Notes under the pieces: model-generated
Told to the model about the DNA's origin: nothing
Databases searched by the model: none
What the model saw: only the letters and a program-made list of their open reading frames with translations
NCBI GenBank assembly: GCA_030704615.1
Contig: CM060733.1
Location: forward strand, 32,116,001 to 32,180,000
Source of the DNA: Takakia lepidozioides
Taxonomy: Eukaryota; Plantae; Bryophyta
Length of the DNA stretch: 64,000 nucleotides
Direction of reading: 5' to 3'
In this document: piece by piece, positions 1 through 12,300 of the stretch
Numbering within the stretch: position 1 is the first letter of the stretch
How the letters are laid out: each line of letters begins with the position of its first letter
Position numbers and translations under genes: made by a program

Positions 1-1072
1 AGGAAGCTACCTGTGGGGGCAGAGGGCTTGGGTAGGGGGGGGGGCCTTTCCAGTGCAAGATACAAGGTGCTTATTCTGGGTTATGTGTATAAGATGGTTT
101 GAAAATGTTATGTTTGAGGAAGATGGTTTGTCAAATTCCAAATGGAGTGTTTGCAAAGATTACAGAGGATTTTTTGGCACAAGCACACCAGTTCACAGAT
201 GAAAAGTCTGTGGGGAAATGACCTCCCTAATGTAAGCTCTTAGGGCTACATGCCTCCTCCAAATGTGGGTGTAGATGTACATTGTTGGCTTGGCCTGTCC
301 ACAAGAAATGGTTGGCTGGCACCATCATAACGGACACTTCTGATGCTAACATATTCCAGGGTCGACGCAGGTGTGCAGGGTTCTCCATGTCAGTGGCTGT
401 TTCAGTCTTACCCTCTTCAGTGTACAACATGCCTGGATTGTGTTGCAAAATCTCCTAGCTTTCATTTGTCCCAGGTTCTATTGCAGATATCATCCTTGTT
501 ACTACTCTCTTTCGAGAAGACACCAGTTTAAACTCAGTTACTCGTGTCAGACTTTCCATACTCATTTTTGAGGCACTGACCAGCAGGCCAGGGTTTGCAT
601 TGAGTTCTACAGGGGATAGGTACTTGCAATACATTGTTTTCCCGGATAATTTTTAATCTAAGATATTTGGTTTTCCAAGATCTCTAAACCATTGAAATGT
701 CACGTCTCACAATGAGACTCTTGTTGAAAGTGCTTGAAGACTTGCAACATACATCATGCTCAATTGCAAGCCAGCGTCCTGCAAAGAGACAGGAAGAATC
801 CACACTGGGAAGACTACCGTTTAGCCTTCAAGAAAGATTGGCAGAGAAAACAAGAACTTGGGATTTGAGAAGGCTAGTCTTCTACCTGTGTATCCGACAT
901 TGTGCTACAAAAGTTATTTCTGTCGATACCCCACCCAAATCCCTGCGGCAGAACTACGAGCTCGTACCTTCTCACTGTTTTATGAGTGAGATCCACTCGA
1001 GGGGGCAAATCAGGTTGTGTTTGATTGCATTGTTGCACCGAAATATGGATGAGTCATCATTCACCATGTGTA

Positions 1073-2290
1073 CGGATTTCGGAGCCGAAATCCGGATGAC
1101 AGTAACCCTGAATGGACAGTAGTGATGAATTTCGGCGCCGAAATTCATCATTCGCATGAAAAAAATAGTATTGGAGAGAGGACGGTGGATGAATTTCGGC
1201 GCCGAAATTCATTCTTCTTCTACTTTTTCGAAAGTCTTTTGTTGTCCTGCCAATGAATTTATGCGCCAAAATTCATCCGAAGTCCTCCCTCCATTATTTT
1301 TTTTCCATGCGAACGATTAATTTCGGCGCCGAAAATTCATCCAAAGTCCTCCTTCCAATAATTTTTTTTCTTTGCGAGCGATGAATTTTGGCGCCGAAAT
1401 TCATCCGAAGTCCTCCCTCCATTTTATTTTTCCTTGCGAGCAATGAATTTCGGCGCCGAAATTCATCCGAACCCGACACTTACTTCTTGCTTCTGGATGA
1501 TGTAAGGTTCCGAAATTCGGATGAAATAACCCATTCAGATAGAGAAAACACGAATATTCTGCATTAAATGGAGAAATCGACATATTTAACCCTTTGTCTT
1601 CCAAAAGGCTGTTATCCAATGACGTAAGGGGATATTTTCTCAAGTTAGGGGAAAATTAGTTGCATTTTAGCCGTTGTTTTCATTTGAAACCGATCGTATC
1701 CATTAAGTGGCGTTTTTCGTACATGAGGTTGCCGCAAATAAAATATAATTTCGGCGCCGAAATTATACTTAACAGTCCAGACATGGCAAGTCCAACAGGC
1801 ATGGACAGCAACCGTGAGGGGCACTGATGGCAGGAAAACGTGGCATGGTGCCGGTTTACTGTTCAGGCTGGATGTATTTCGGCGCCGAAATATGGATGAT
1901 TTCACCTCGTTTAAGCGCGGACGGAGATATTCTTAATGAATTTCGGCGCCGAAATATGGATGAAATGTGCCCAAGTGCTACGTTCTGCATTGTTCCGGAT
2001 CCGATATCCGACTGACAGGTGTGCTCATGACGGATGAGGACTGGGGAAGTGATGAATTTCGGCGCCGAAATTCAAATGTTTGTGTATGAATGCACTTGCA
2101 TAGGATGAATTTTGGCGCCAAAATTCATCCGTCCGCTGATGAAACGTGCCGACCTGACTGTTGAATGTCGATTGGCGGTTTGATTTCATGGCGGTTGGGT
2201 TTCATGATCTGCGGATAATGCATTCAATGCCGGCTGCTGTGGGAACAGCATCCGGTGAATGGAACGGTATTTCGGCGCCGCAATTCGGAT
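1073..2290. repeat. Array of palindromic repeats, core (A)TTTCGGCGCCGAAA(T), often extended to GATGAATTTCGGCGCCGAAATTCATC
   Basis: Copies at about 1073, 1125, 1188, 1253, 1318, 1380, 1443, 1744, 1875, 1937, 2050, 2103 and 2268. The six copies between 1125 and 1470 are about 63 bp apart. Three more copies lie at about 3811, 5077 and 5143. Confidence 0.95.
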
Positions 2291-2827
2291 AAAGCGTCTT
2301 CTACTGCTGGTTTGAACAGGCACGCGTCGCGTTCCAGACGACTTCATCCGTCCGAACTTGTCAGGGGTCGCAATCTCTTCATCACCCACGGTGGCAACGC
2401 TTGGGGAGACGTGGTTGCTTGTGCATCTGTTCGTGCACAGTCGTTGCATGTTCCACCGCTTCGCTCTCTCGCTCTTTGCCCTTATGCGGTGACATTCTTA
2501 TGCGTTTCTTCTCCTTATGCAGCATAGTATTAGCTTAGAGTTTGTGGAAGGTCAGGCAACTCCGGCGCAGAGAAGGAGGACGCAAGATTTTGGGAAGTCG
2601 CTGACGACACGACTGAAGCTCCGTCTCATGTAAGAAATGCAGACCTCGTTATCCGGAGACTCGGATCGCCCACCAGTGAGAGATTCGTGCTTCGCGGATC
2701 TGAAGCCCTCCATACGCACTATTCCTTTTACACCCTTTTTTATTTGCATGCAGTGTGCCATGTTTTCCTGTTTGTTTGACATGAGAGCTGGGGAGGGATC
2801 GCAGGGGGCGACCCAACATAGTCAACT

Positions 2828-5800
2828 TTGGATAATCCTGCCTGGGTGTTGCGCTCGCAAGCTGGAAGTGCATCGAGGCAGGCGATTCCTCACAGAACAC
2901 CTCAGAAATCGCCTCAGAAAAACCCACTTAGAGTCCGGAAGCCGAGGAAGCAAAATAAGCCCATGGCTTCGCCTGTAAAACCACTTGGGAGACTGGAAGT
3001 CGAGATATTGGGTTTGCAGGCAGTTTCACAAAACATGGATACGGTGGAGGCCGCTGCAGATGTCGGAATCGGATCTGCAGAAGGGCGGCCCATTGAGCTG
3101 ACAGAAGCTGAGGACGACAACGTGGTGCGACTTGACGACTTCCCAGGAGATCAGAACCTGGTGGAGCTTGTGAAGAAGCAAAACCTCCAGGACAGCAGAC
3201 AGGCTGGTGAGAGAGGTGAGAGAAGTCAAAAACTGGTGGCGGGTATGCTCATGAGTGCACGAGACATGAACATAGCAGCAAACAGGTTGCTGGCAGAGAC
3301 TTGTAGCAACATAGGCCACGTTTTGGGCTCCATGGTATATCCCGAGAATCTGAAAGTTCCTTTGTGTCGCATGGTTAGCCTTCCAGTAGTAAGACAAACA
3401 CTGCAAGGGGACATCGACCGACTGAAGCACAACTTCAGAGAGGGGTACAGACAGGGATCGACAGCATTCTACGTCTCCATTGAGAATGACCAGGGTGTCA
3501 CAAGGGGCCCCACTGCAGAGGAGCTTCAGAATTGGAGCCCCCACTGGCACATTGTAAATCCCGAGTTTGAAGCCTCTCTGAAGACTAATACTACATTCAC
3601 ACACATGACATGAAAGATGTTCTTCGTCTGTACGGGAACCACATGATGTTTGCCTGGACATAGTACATAGCTGAAATGCATCCGCAAAATATCGATTGGC
3701 ATTACATGGTGGACTGCATTGTCATGAAGGTGGACGTGAGGGACAGATGACTGCTGAAGGGTGCCATGGCGGATATGAATCTGTAAGTACAGTACTATAT
3801 CCTTCTGTAGTGCCTATTGCGGCGCCGAAATAGGCAATGTTCTTGACTGTCACCCACTGTATGAACTGAAAATTGGATTGTTGTACTGAAATCTGGTTAT
3901 TTTGATATCATAGTTTCATGTTGTTTTTTTTTTTTTTCTCCATGGCAGGGTAACAGAGAGGGCCTTCGTGGAAACTCACCTGGCACATACGCTCTACAGA
4001 GTGCAAGAAGTGGGCACGGCACCGCTGACGGACTTCCAAAAATCCCTCGATCCCGAGTTGTACAGGAAGTCCCTTGTAAAAGCAGATTGCACCTGGTACC
4101 GACCAACACTGGACGCCATGGTGGAGATCCTCTATTCGGTGAGGTTCATCTCAAATTTCCCGATTTAATGCTATTTGTTGCAGGGATTAGTGGCCTGATT
4201 GTATCCGCTGGGTATGGGAATGTAGACGAATATTAGGGATGACTTGGCCTATGCCAAAAGACAGTTCTTTTGAGAGTGATGCCCCCAACAAGGCGGACGC
4301 GTCGATAGAGAGTCACATTGTGCAGGCAGGGAGGCAATAACGGACCAAGTATAGGTCCAAACTTGTGAAGCAAGTTGCAATCGCTAACCCTGGCCTTGGT
4401 ACCGAGTTCCTGGCGGAGATAAGACTGCATTACTTTAGACCCATGAAACTGGAAATGTCCATGGAGAAGCTTCATCATATCGCAGCGTCCTGTGTTGAGC
4501 CGGCGGAGAAGGTTAGTATGTGTTTGTTCTTGTTTTGTGTCTTCTTGCGATTCTCATGATGAGGTTCTTTTATCTAACCGATGTTAGGCCATGCAGACGA
4601 GGTGGCTGCGAATCTGGAACGGCCATACAAACACGAAGCTGCTGTACCACTTTCCCATCGAGCCAACTGACGACAAAATGAACGACTGGCTAAATGTGAT
4701 GACTTGGTGACCTCAGATATAATGTCCTCTTCTTCTGTGTGTTGGACATCATCGCAATTTCAAATTCATGAATGTTTTGGAGACCTGCAATGCTGCAGGT
4801 ACTGACCCACGCCCAGGAGCAATTGGATTGCAACACCACCTCTTTCAAATTACAGATCGATTGGACGAAACCGGAGACAATGGAGAACTACGTGCAGTCC
4901 TGGCGAGGGCGCTTCGCAAACATTTTTTTCAGATAAATTGCAAAGGCAAGACGCAGCATATACATCGAAGAGCAGGAGGGTGCCGACAAAGCGGCTATGC
5001 GAGTCATGTTCAGGTAATCTGCTGCCACTGCATCCCCCTATTTGCAGTTTTGAGAATTTAGCCAAGCAGCGGTGGGTATTGCGGCGCCGAAATATCCCTT
5101 TACAAGATGTGAATGCTGGGTAATTGGGGCACGCTCCATTGCGTATTTCGGTGCTGAAATACCTTCTGCATTCAGAACTTCCTCTTGCATGATGCATCAG
5201 TAGCATGATTTTTGTTGAAGTGGCTCGTGATTGCAGGTACATAAATTTTGCTCTCATTCCGTCCGGAACCATTCAAAGGGTTCCACCATTCTTCCTGGCG
5301 TGGAGGACATCTGGAGGTCGTGGTACGATGTACACAAAAGTAATGGCAAATGAGTGGCATGCCGAGCATTTGGTAGACTGTCCCTGGTATGTGGATCTCC
5401 TCTGGTTGGGGATCCAAATGCGCCTTCATAGCCCGGACATTCGCTTCCTTCTTCAAGTTAACCTCCGAGGGATCAACGGTCCCACTTGAAAGCAGAGGAG
5501 GCAACAAAGCAGAAAGCACTGAGAAAGTCAGCCAAGGCGGCAGCGTTGGTGAAGGACAGATAGAGAAGTAGAGCAGCCCAAAGACAGAACGCGCAAACAG
5601 GGGCAAGAGACGAAGAGCCCCACACCCAAGAAGAAGAAGCTGCAACATAGTCAGCCAGATGACGAGGATTCCGACGACAATTTCTAGCATGATAACACCC
5701 AGGGGGCCACATCTCGTCCGAAAATTCACAAGGGCCAGCGCTCCGGGGGTTCAGCTGCGAAGAGATCACTATACGAGGATGCATTTGGCAAACCCTACCA

Positions 5801-6187
5801 TGCGGTGCACATTGCGGGCAGGGAAGTCCTCAAAACACCCACAATTGTGGAGTGTGTAATGAAAATTTCCTAACTGCTCTGACCAAAAGGCTGGTGAAAA
5901 CGAGATTGAGGAAAGCGATTGAGGCCCACCAGGGGAAGATGAAGAGGAAGACCACTGCCAACGATATCGAGGACACTCCCGGCTACACAAAGATGATGGA
6001 GTATTTTGTGGCGATGAGCCAAGGCAAAAAGAGCATAGTCTGGGGCAGGGCGATGAAAGCCTCCATCGACATGATTCTTGTGAATATCCCGGATGGACAG
6101 AGGACTGGGGTCACTACCGTGGTGGAACAAGTACGACGAAAGATACTAGAGCCAGACATTCGGGTTCGCAGCCAACATGTTGGATGA
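2828..6187 (+). pseudogene. Spliced, disrupted gene with a ParB/sulfiredoxin-like N-terminal domain; probably transposon-borne
   Basis: ORF 2828-3613 continues past a stop and a 1-nt deletion as KMFFVC(D)GNHMMFAW*YIAEMHPQNIDWHYMVDCIV (3614-3782). GT-AG exons follow at about 3949-4138, to 4511, 4597-4706, 4799-5013 and from 5237. The last segment (5852-6187) contains SIDMILVNIPDG. Several stops and frameshifts are present. Confidence 0.65.
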
Positions 6188-6318
6188 CGACGATTGTATT
6201 GTTGTGCTAACACCCAATGGAGAAGTCACTGAGAATGATATCAAATAAGCTGGACAGTTTAGTTGAGGGACATGATTGTTCACCCTTGTACAATTTTGTT
6301 TTGCCTTGTTTTGAGCGG

Positions 6319-9300
6319 ATGGCACTGTTACCATCTTCTATGTCATTCCTCTCTACCTCTACGCTTCTCTCAATTTCGCCTCCTTGCACCCACACCATTC
6401 ATATCAGTTGCAATGTTCGAAATCCTTCGAGAAGCTGTGAAATTTTCGGAAATCCGCGTGTCATCCAGCGGTCATTCAAAGGTGCTGCGGGGCGGTCTTT
6501 TCGACTGATTGACCCCACAAAGCATTTACAGGTACAAGCATTCTTGGGTCCGAACTCTGTGGGACATTCTTGCTATGACGTCTCAGTGATTTCTAGGTTT
6601 AACGACACCTCGTTTACATTGAAATGATTGCTTCTCGAGCAAAATGACAATACGCTCTATGTGTGTGGACAATATCCTCATTTTTGTCCCTCCTAATCCA
6701 CAGACTATAAATGAACTGATGGAGAGATAAGATAGAGTCACGCACATTGAATTCTTCTGAGTGGACAGATCGTATTTAACAGGCACAGGAGCAAACATAG
6801 GCCTTTGCAGGATCTCCTGCCATGAATGATGGGTCGACTCAGTTTGTGGTTTGCATCATGGCACAGTCGGTTATTGATGACACATGTGAGATCCTTGATC
6901 GATCAAGCTAGTCTGACTCTTTCACCTAATACTGCCGGTTGTAGGAGGATGCAAGGACCAATCACTATCGTATGTGCAGGGCTGCACTGTCATCGACCGG
7001 AGCATCTAGTCAACGACATGTTATCATCACAGGCGGCAATACTGGTGAGGTATCAACTATTGTTGGTGGTTCCAGATCTCTCTTTTATTTGAAAATGGGG
7101 GGACTCTCTGGCCACGAGGTGATGGGAAGCAAAGGTTTGTTGATATTCCTCCTCCCTCCCACATTTCTTCTTCAAAGACAACTGAACTGGATATAACTCC
7201 TGCTGCCTCAAATTCGCAATCCTCCCTGACCTCTACCCCCAACTCTCTCCCCAGGCCTTTCTTCTTCAAGAGAATTGGCTCTGAAAGAACTCCTCTTATC
7301 TCTGCAAAATCAAAGGAGAGGTGGGGCCGGATGTGGTTGAAGCTTGCAAGTTTGCCTCAAAATACAGCTTTAAGCAAATGTGGACCATGGGGTGTTTTGA
7401 TTTGGCAGGTATAGGGAAAGCAACAGCCACAGAACTGGCAAGGCAGGGCATGTCTATCACTCTTGGTGAGCCGTTGATGTTATTAAGCAGTGTATTCACA
7501 ATAGCATTTTGTAGTCCCTACATGGTATAGACTGTACTCATAAGAGGTTGTTTGCCGTAGCCTTGTGGCCATTGACCTACATGGTATAGAGTTATATCAG
7601 AAGTTGGCTTTCACTGTATGCTGAATGTGCATGAAGTGGAGATTTACTTGTGAGGTCAGAGGACTAGACTGGTATCTTAACATCTGATGGAAATGGACCA
7701 AACAAATTCTCAAGGGTGAGAATGCATTGTTAGTAACAGACAGTGTAATTGCAAATTGTGCATCATATAGATTTGTCAGTGATGTGGAACTTGGAGAACT
7801 AGGAAGCTTTCACATTTGAACGGATGGTGGGTTGGCTCAAGGAAGCATGCAGGAATAGGGAGAAGGGGGAGGCAGCTGTAGCAGATATTGTCCGCATCAC
7901 CAACAACCCTTCTGTCAGGTGGGTACATCTTGGTTTCTTTGAGTTTTAGACTCAGCTGGGTTACCAGAGTACTGAGAACTACTGGAAAGGGAATGGTTCT
8001 CTGCTATCGAATTTTTCTTGGTTGGACGATCCCAGAGGGATATGAAGCTTATCAACAATTTAAAAGTTCAAATTATCATCAAGGTCAACGCCTACGGTGT
8101 TAAACATCCTACTGTGCACTCGTTCGTTATAATCTCGGTGTTGGGTAAACAAGTCTGTATATGTCTCAGTTTGGTCTTTCAACAAATGTATGACCTTACT
8201 TTGTCATCTCCTACCTATGTTGCTAACCTCACAGAACTGGCTTGGCTATGTGGGAAGGTCCATGTGCTGTGATCTGGCATCATTAGGCTCTGTGCGCCAA
8301 TTTGTTGAGGAGTATTTGGACCAGGGCTTTCCATTACATGTGCTGGTAAGTACTGCATGGGTGTTTGTTCAACTATCCCTACTCTCTTGCTCTGTCTGGC
8401 CACAAGGCTATGGCAAACAACGTCTTATGAGTACATTCTCTTGCTCCCTCTTTCTGCCCAAACTGGCGTGGGGCCTATGGCCACAAGGCTTCGGCAAACA
8501 AAGTCTAATGAGTACATTCTGTTGCTCTCTCTCTGTCTCTCTAACTTAGACTAGGCTAAGTCTCTAGAATCCATTCAAGTGGGGGTGCTTAAGGAGTGTA
8601 TGTCAGCATGCTCCAAAACAGCCAATGTGGCTGTTCGGGGTGAGTTTGGCATTCCATCCTTAAGCTCCCGACGAGATGAATTCAAGGTCAGATGGTGGGG
8701 TCAGCTGCAACTGCCCAACACTAGATATCCTAAGTTAATCGACTCTATATCTTGGAAACAGGACCGCCCTGTCAAACAGGCTAAGTCCTGGCAGAAGAGA
8801 GTAGAAGAGATTCTCAAGGACCTGGACCTGGATCCGCAAGTCTTGACCCTGCTGGATAAATCTGACTTCGAGGCTGTAGTGTCCAAAGCCATGTCTGTTG
8901 CCATGAGATTGTCTGATGAAAATGAAGTTAGGCAGAAAACTTCCCTGAACTTGTTTCCAGTCAGTGACATGGGGGAGGACATCTTGGATGACCTCAAGGG
9001 TCTACCCACTCTCGGCACTAGACTGAAATTTAAACTCGCAGGAAGCCTACCTTTGAACAGCAAACAGAAGCAGAGAGGAAAGGGAGAGTGCAATTGCCCG
9101 TTGTGTGGGCAATCTGAAGACAGTATTCATTTTCTGATACACTGTCCGGGGTTCTCTCACCAAAGAGACGCTCTCTTCAACTCTATCAAGGGAATTGTGC
9201 CTGTACCCCTGTTTACCAACTTTGAAAGTCTCGAGGCTGAGCCAAAAGCCCAGGCCCTCCTGAGGCCTAGTTTTTGGGCAAATCACACACAGCAGATTGA

Positions 9301-12300
9301 TGCTTGTGTGAAGGGATTTCTAGAGGATATCTGGAAAACCCGGATTAATTCTTTATATGAAGGTAAGTCTTACTACCAACGTCAGCCCCTGACAGAGGTA
9401 GGTTCTGTCCCTTTTGTTCCCGCTCAAACTGGGCGCGGGGTCAATGGCCACAAGGCTATGGCAAACAACGTCTTATGAGTACAATCTCTAACTTAGACTA
9501 CACTTCTGCCGTGTGGGTTGGCAACTCCAACCATGCCAAAACCTTAGATTTCATTCAGTTTTGGGTGCTAAAAGAGAGCATATTAGTGTAGCATAGCTAA
9601 CATGGCTGTTCGGGGCGAGTTTAGCATACCACATTTGAGCTCTTGAGGGGGCAGTTGATTCACATGCCTAATACTAGATACCCTAAGACGATCGACTCTA
9701 TTTCTTGGTGTTAAACAAAGTCCTGGCAGAAAAAGGTACATGGGATTTTAATTGCCTGAATACTAGGCATGAAGAACTGACCCTGCTGATGAAGTCATGG
9801 GAGAGGACTTAAGGATCATCTGAAGGCCTACCTACCCTCAGAACTAGACTGAAATTTAAACCCAGTCCAGGGATTCTACCTTTGAACAATAAATAGATGC
9901 AGAGAGGAAAGGGACATTGTCAATTTCGAATGTGCGGGCGGCCTGAAGACAATATCCATTGTCTGATAGAATTTCCGGGGTATTCTCATCAGAGAGTGAA
10001 CATAGTCCCTGCACCTCTGTTCACCAACTTCCAAAATCTCGAGTCTGAGCCTAAAGCCCTGGCCCTGTTGGGGTCTTATTGCTGGGCAGCTCACACACAG
10101 CAGATCGATGCTTGTGTGAAGGGCCTTCTAGAGAAAATCTGGAAAGCCCGAACCAATTGCTTATACCAAGGTACCCAGTGGTAATGGGCACATACCACGT
10201 TGGATATGGTTGTGGGTTCAAACCACGGTCTGGTGTGTCATGAAGGTGTCCACCTTTCAGCTGGAAGGCAGTAGCCCTTCGGGATGAAGAGACACCATAA
10301 GTTACGCTCCCTTTGGGAGGCGTCATACTTTTCTTACCAAGGTTAGTCCCACTACTGGAGTGAGTCCCTCACAAATGTAGTGTCCGTTTCCTCTTGTTCC
10401 GCCCTAACTAGGCACAGGGTCTATAGCCACAAGGCTACAGCAAACGTCTCATGAGTACATTCTCTACCTTGTTGGCGTGGCTCTGTCTGTTTCATAGACC
10501 CAACTCCCTCCCTTGGATCTAGAATTATGGTATTCCATGACCAAGTCTTACACTAGGTTGTTTCTTAGCAGAGCCTTCTATGCTGAACCGAGCAATTTCA
10601 AGTCCAGCTGGGAATTCCATTACTTCTGATCATAACACCCACTTCATGTTTGCACGGTCATTCATAATTGGTGTATCTTGTGCAGGTGAATAATGCTGGG
10701 CTCATGGCATGCCCACAGGCATACACAGATGATGGTTTCGAATACCAACTCGGGGTTAGACATTTCTGTCTCAAGTCAAAATAGTTTCTTTCAGGAACTC
10801 AATCCAGGCCAGTTTTGAAGAAATTGCAAAGACAGTAAACCATTTGACAGAGACTGTGTAGGTTAAATTATTTTGTGTTGAAGATGAAGCAAGCTTTGTT
10901 TAACATAGTTGGAATATATGTGGGTAATGTCTCTGGCTCAATGCAGGTGAATCATCTAGGCCATTTTCTGCTTACAGCATTGCTACTAAACAAGCTCAAA
11001 GCATGTGCTGCCACTGGGTACTTGCATACCTTTCTTAGAGTCATCACTAGAAAGTTCTAGTTCAGGAAAAGAAAGTTTAGAGTCCTGTTGGCCACCTTCA
11101 TGTGTTTTCTACTGGTGTAGACTGTCAGTGAGAGCAAACATCGTTAGACCTTCCCTGAGTCTCTATCTCCTTTGAAGGCTGGTTTAGTTTGCTAGCCCCA
11201 ATGGTACTGCCACTAGCACTTTGGCAGATATTTAGCTCCATCTGGTGTCACCTCTTATGTCTCTAGTTTTGTGATTTATTTTTGGCACAGCTTTCAGGTA
11301 GAGCCTTACAAATTTGTTGGGAGATTTTGAATTGAGAGCAGGCCAAAGTCGAGAGTGGTGGTGCTGGCGTCAGCTGCTGAGCAGATTGGAGACATTGACT
11401 TCAGTGACCTCAACTACCAAGGATCTAGAGGTAGCTGGTCTTCTCCTTCACTTTGGACAGGAACCTTTTGGGGATTGGTAAGGAACTGTGGAAGGACATC
11501 TATGTGTGGGACATCTGGTTAAATTGGATGACCTTACTCATGCTGGAGTCAACCAATGGAAGAGAGGGATGTAGGGGTTAAAGAGAATGATGAACTATTT
11601 AAGACTGATGTTCTTGCTGTAACCTTGTGGCCAAAGCACAAGGGGAGAGGTGAAAATGGGGAGATTAAGAAGCTGTACTTAGATGTTGGGTTCAGGGTAG
11701 AGATAGGACAGCCGTTGTCCATTTTGTCTTTTCATGCCACACTGCAAAGTAATAGCACATGTGGTTTGACCTAAAAAGTTCTGGTTGGCACAGCCTATAA
11801 CCCATGGTTTGCATATGGGCAATCGAAGCTGGCCAACTGCCTCTTCTCTCATGATCTGTCTCGGCGTTGCAAATCATTGGGCATTCCGATCACATCAAAC
11901 TGTATGCACCCAGGAATTGTAAATACAGAGGTACATCTACCACTCTCTCTCACTTGTCTTGGGTCTCCTCGATGTCGAGTTTGGTCCAGTGATTTTTGCA
12001 GTTTTGGTCTGAAGTGAATGCGAAATTACTAATTAATGTTGCGATGTGACATTATGCAGTTGCAAAGATATGTGTTCCCACAAGCTGTGTCGGCCACTCC
12101 CCCGTCAGGCCTACTAGCTTTCGTTCAAAAGCTAGTGGGACTTCGTGTAAGTCATTCTTTTGTATCTGTTCTATATGTCTTGTGAACACCATATATTTTC
12201 TTTATTTATTTATTTCTCTCTCCTATAGTATCGTGCAATGGCAAACAACGTCATGTGAGTACATTTTCTCTCCCATGCAAGTCTTTAATCAGGGTTTTGT

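Noticed and set aside
1-1060. Short ORFs and possible minus-strand gene remnant
   Set aside because: No recognisable motif or consistent exon chain. It may belong to the adjacent element, but I cannot support that.
1125-1470. CRISPR array
   Set aside because: The spacers are related to each other, there are no cas genes, the context is eukaryotic and spliced, and spacing is irregular beyond 1470.
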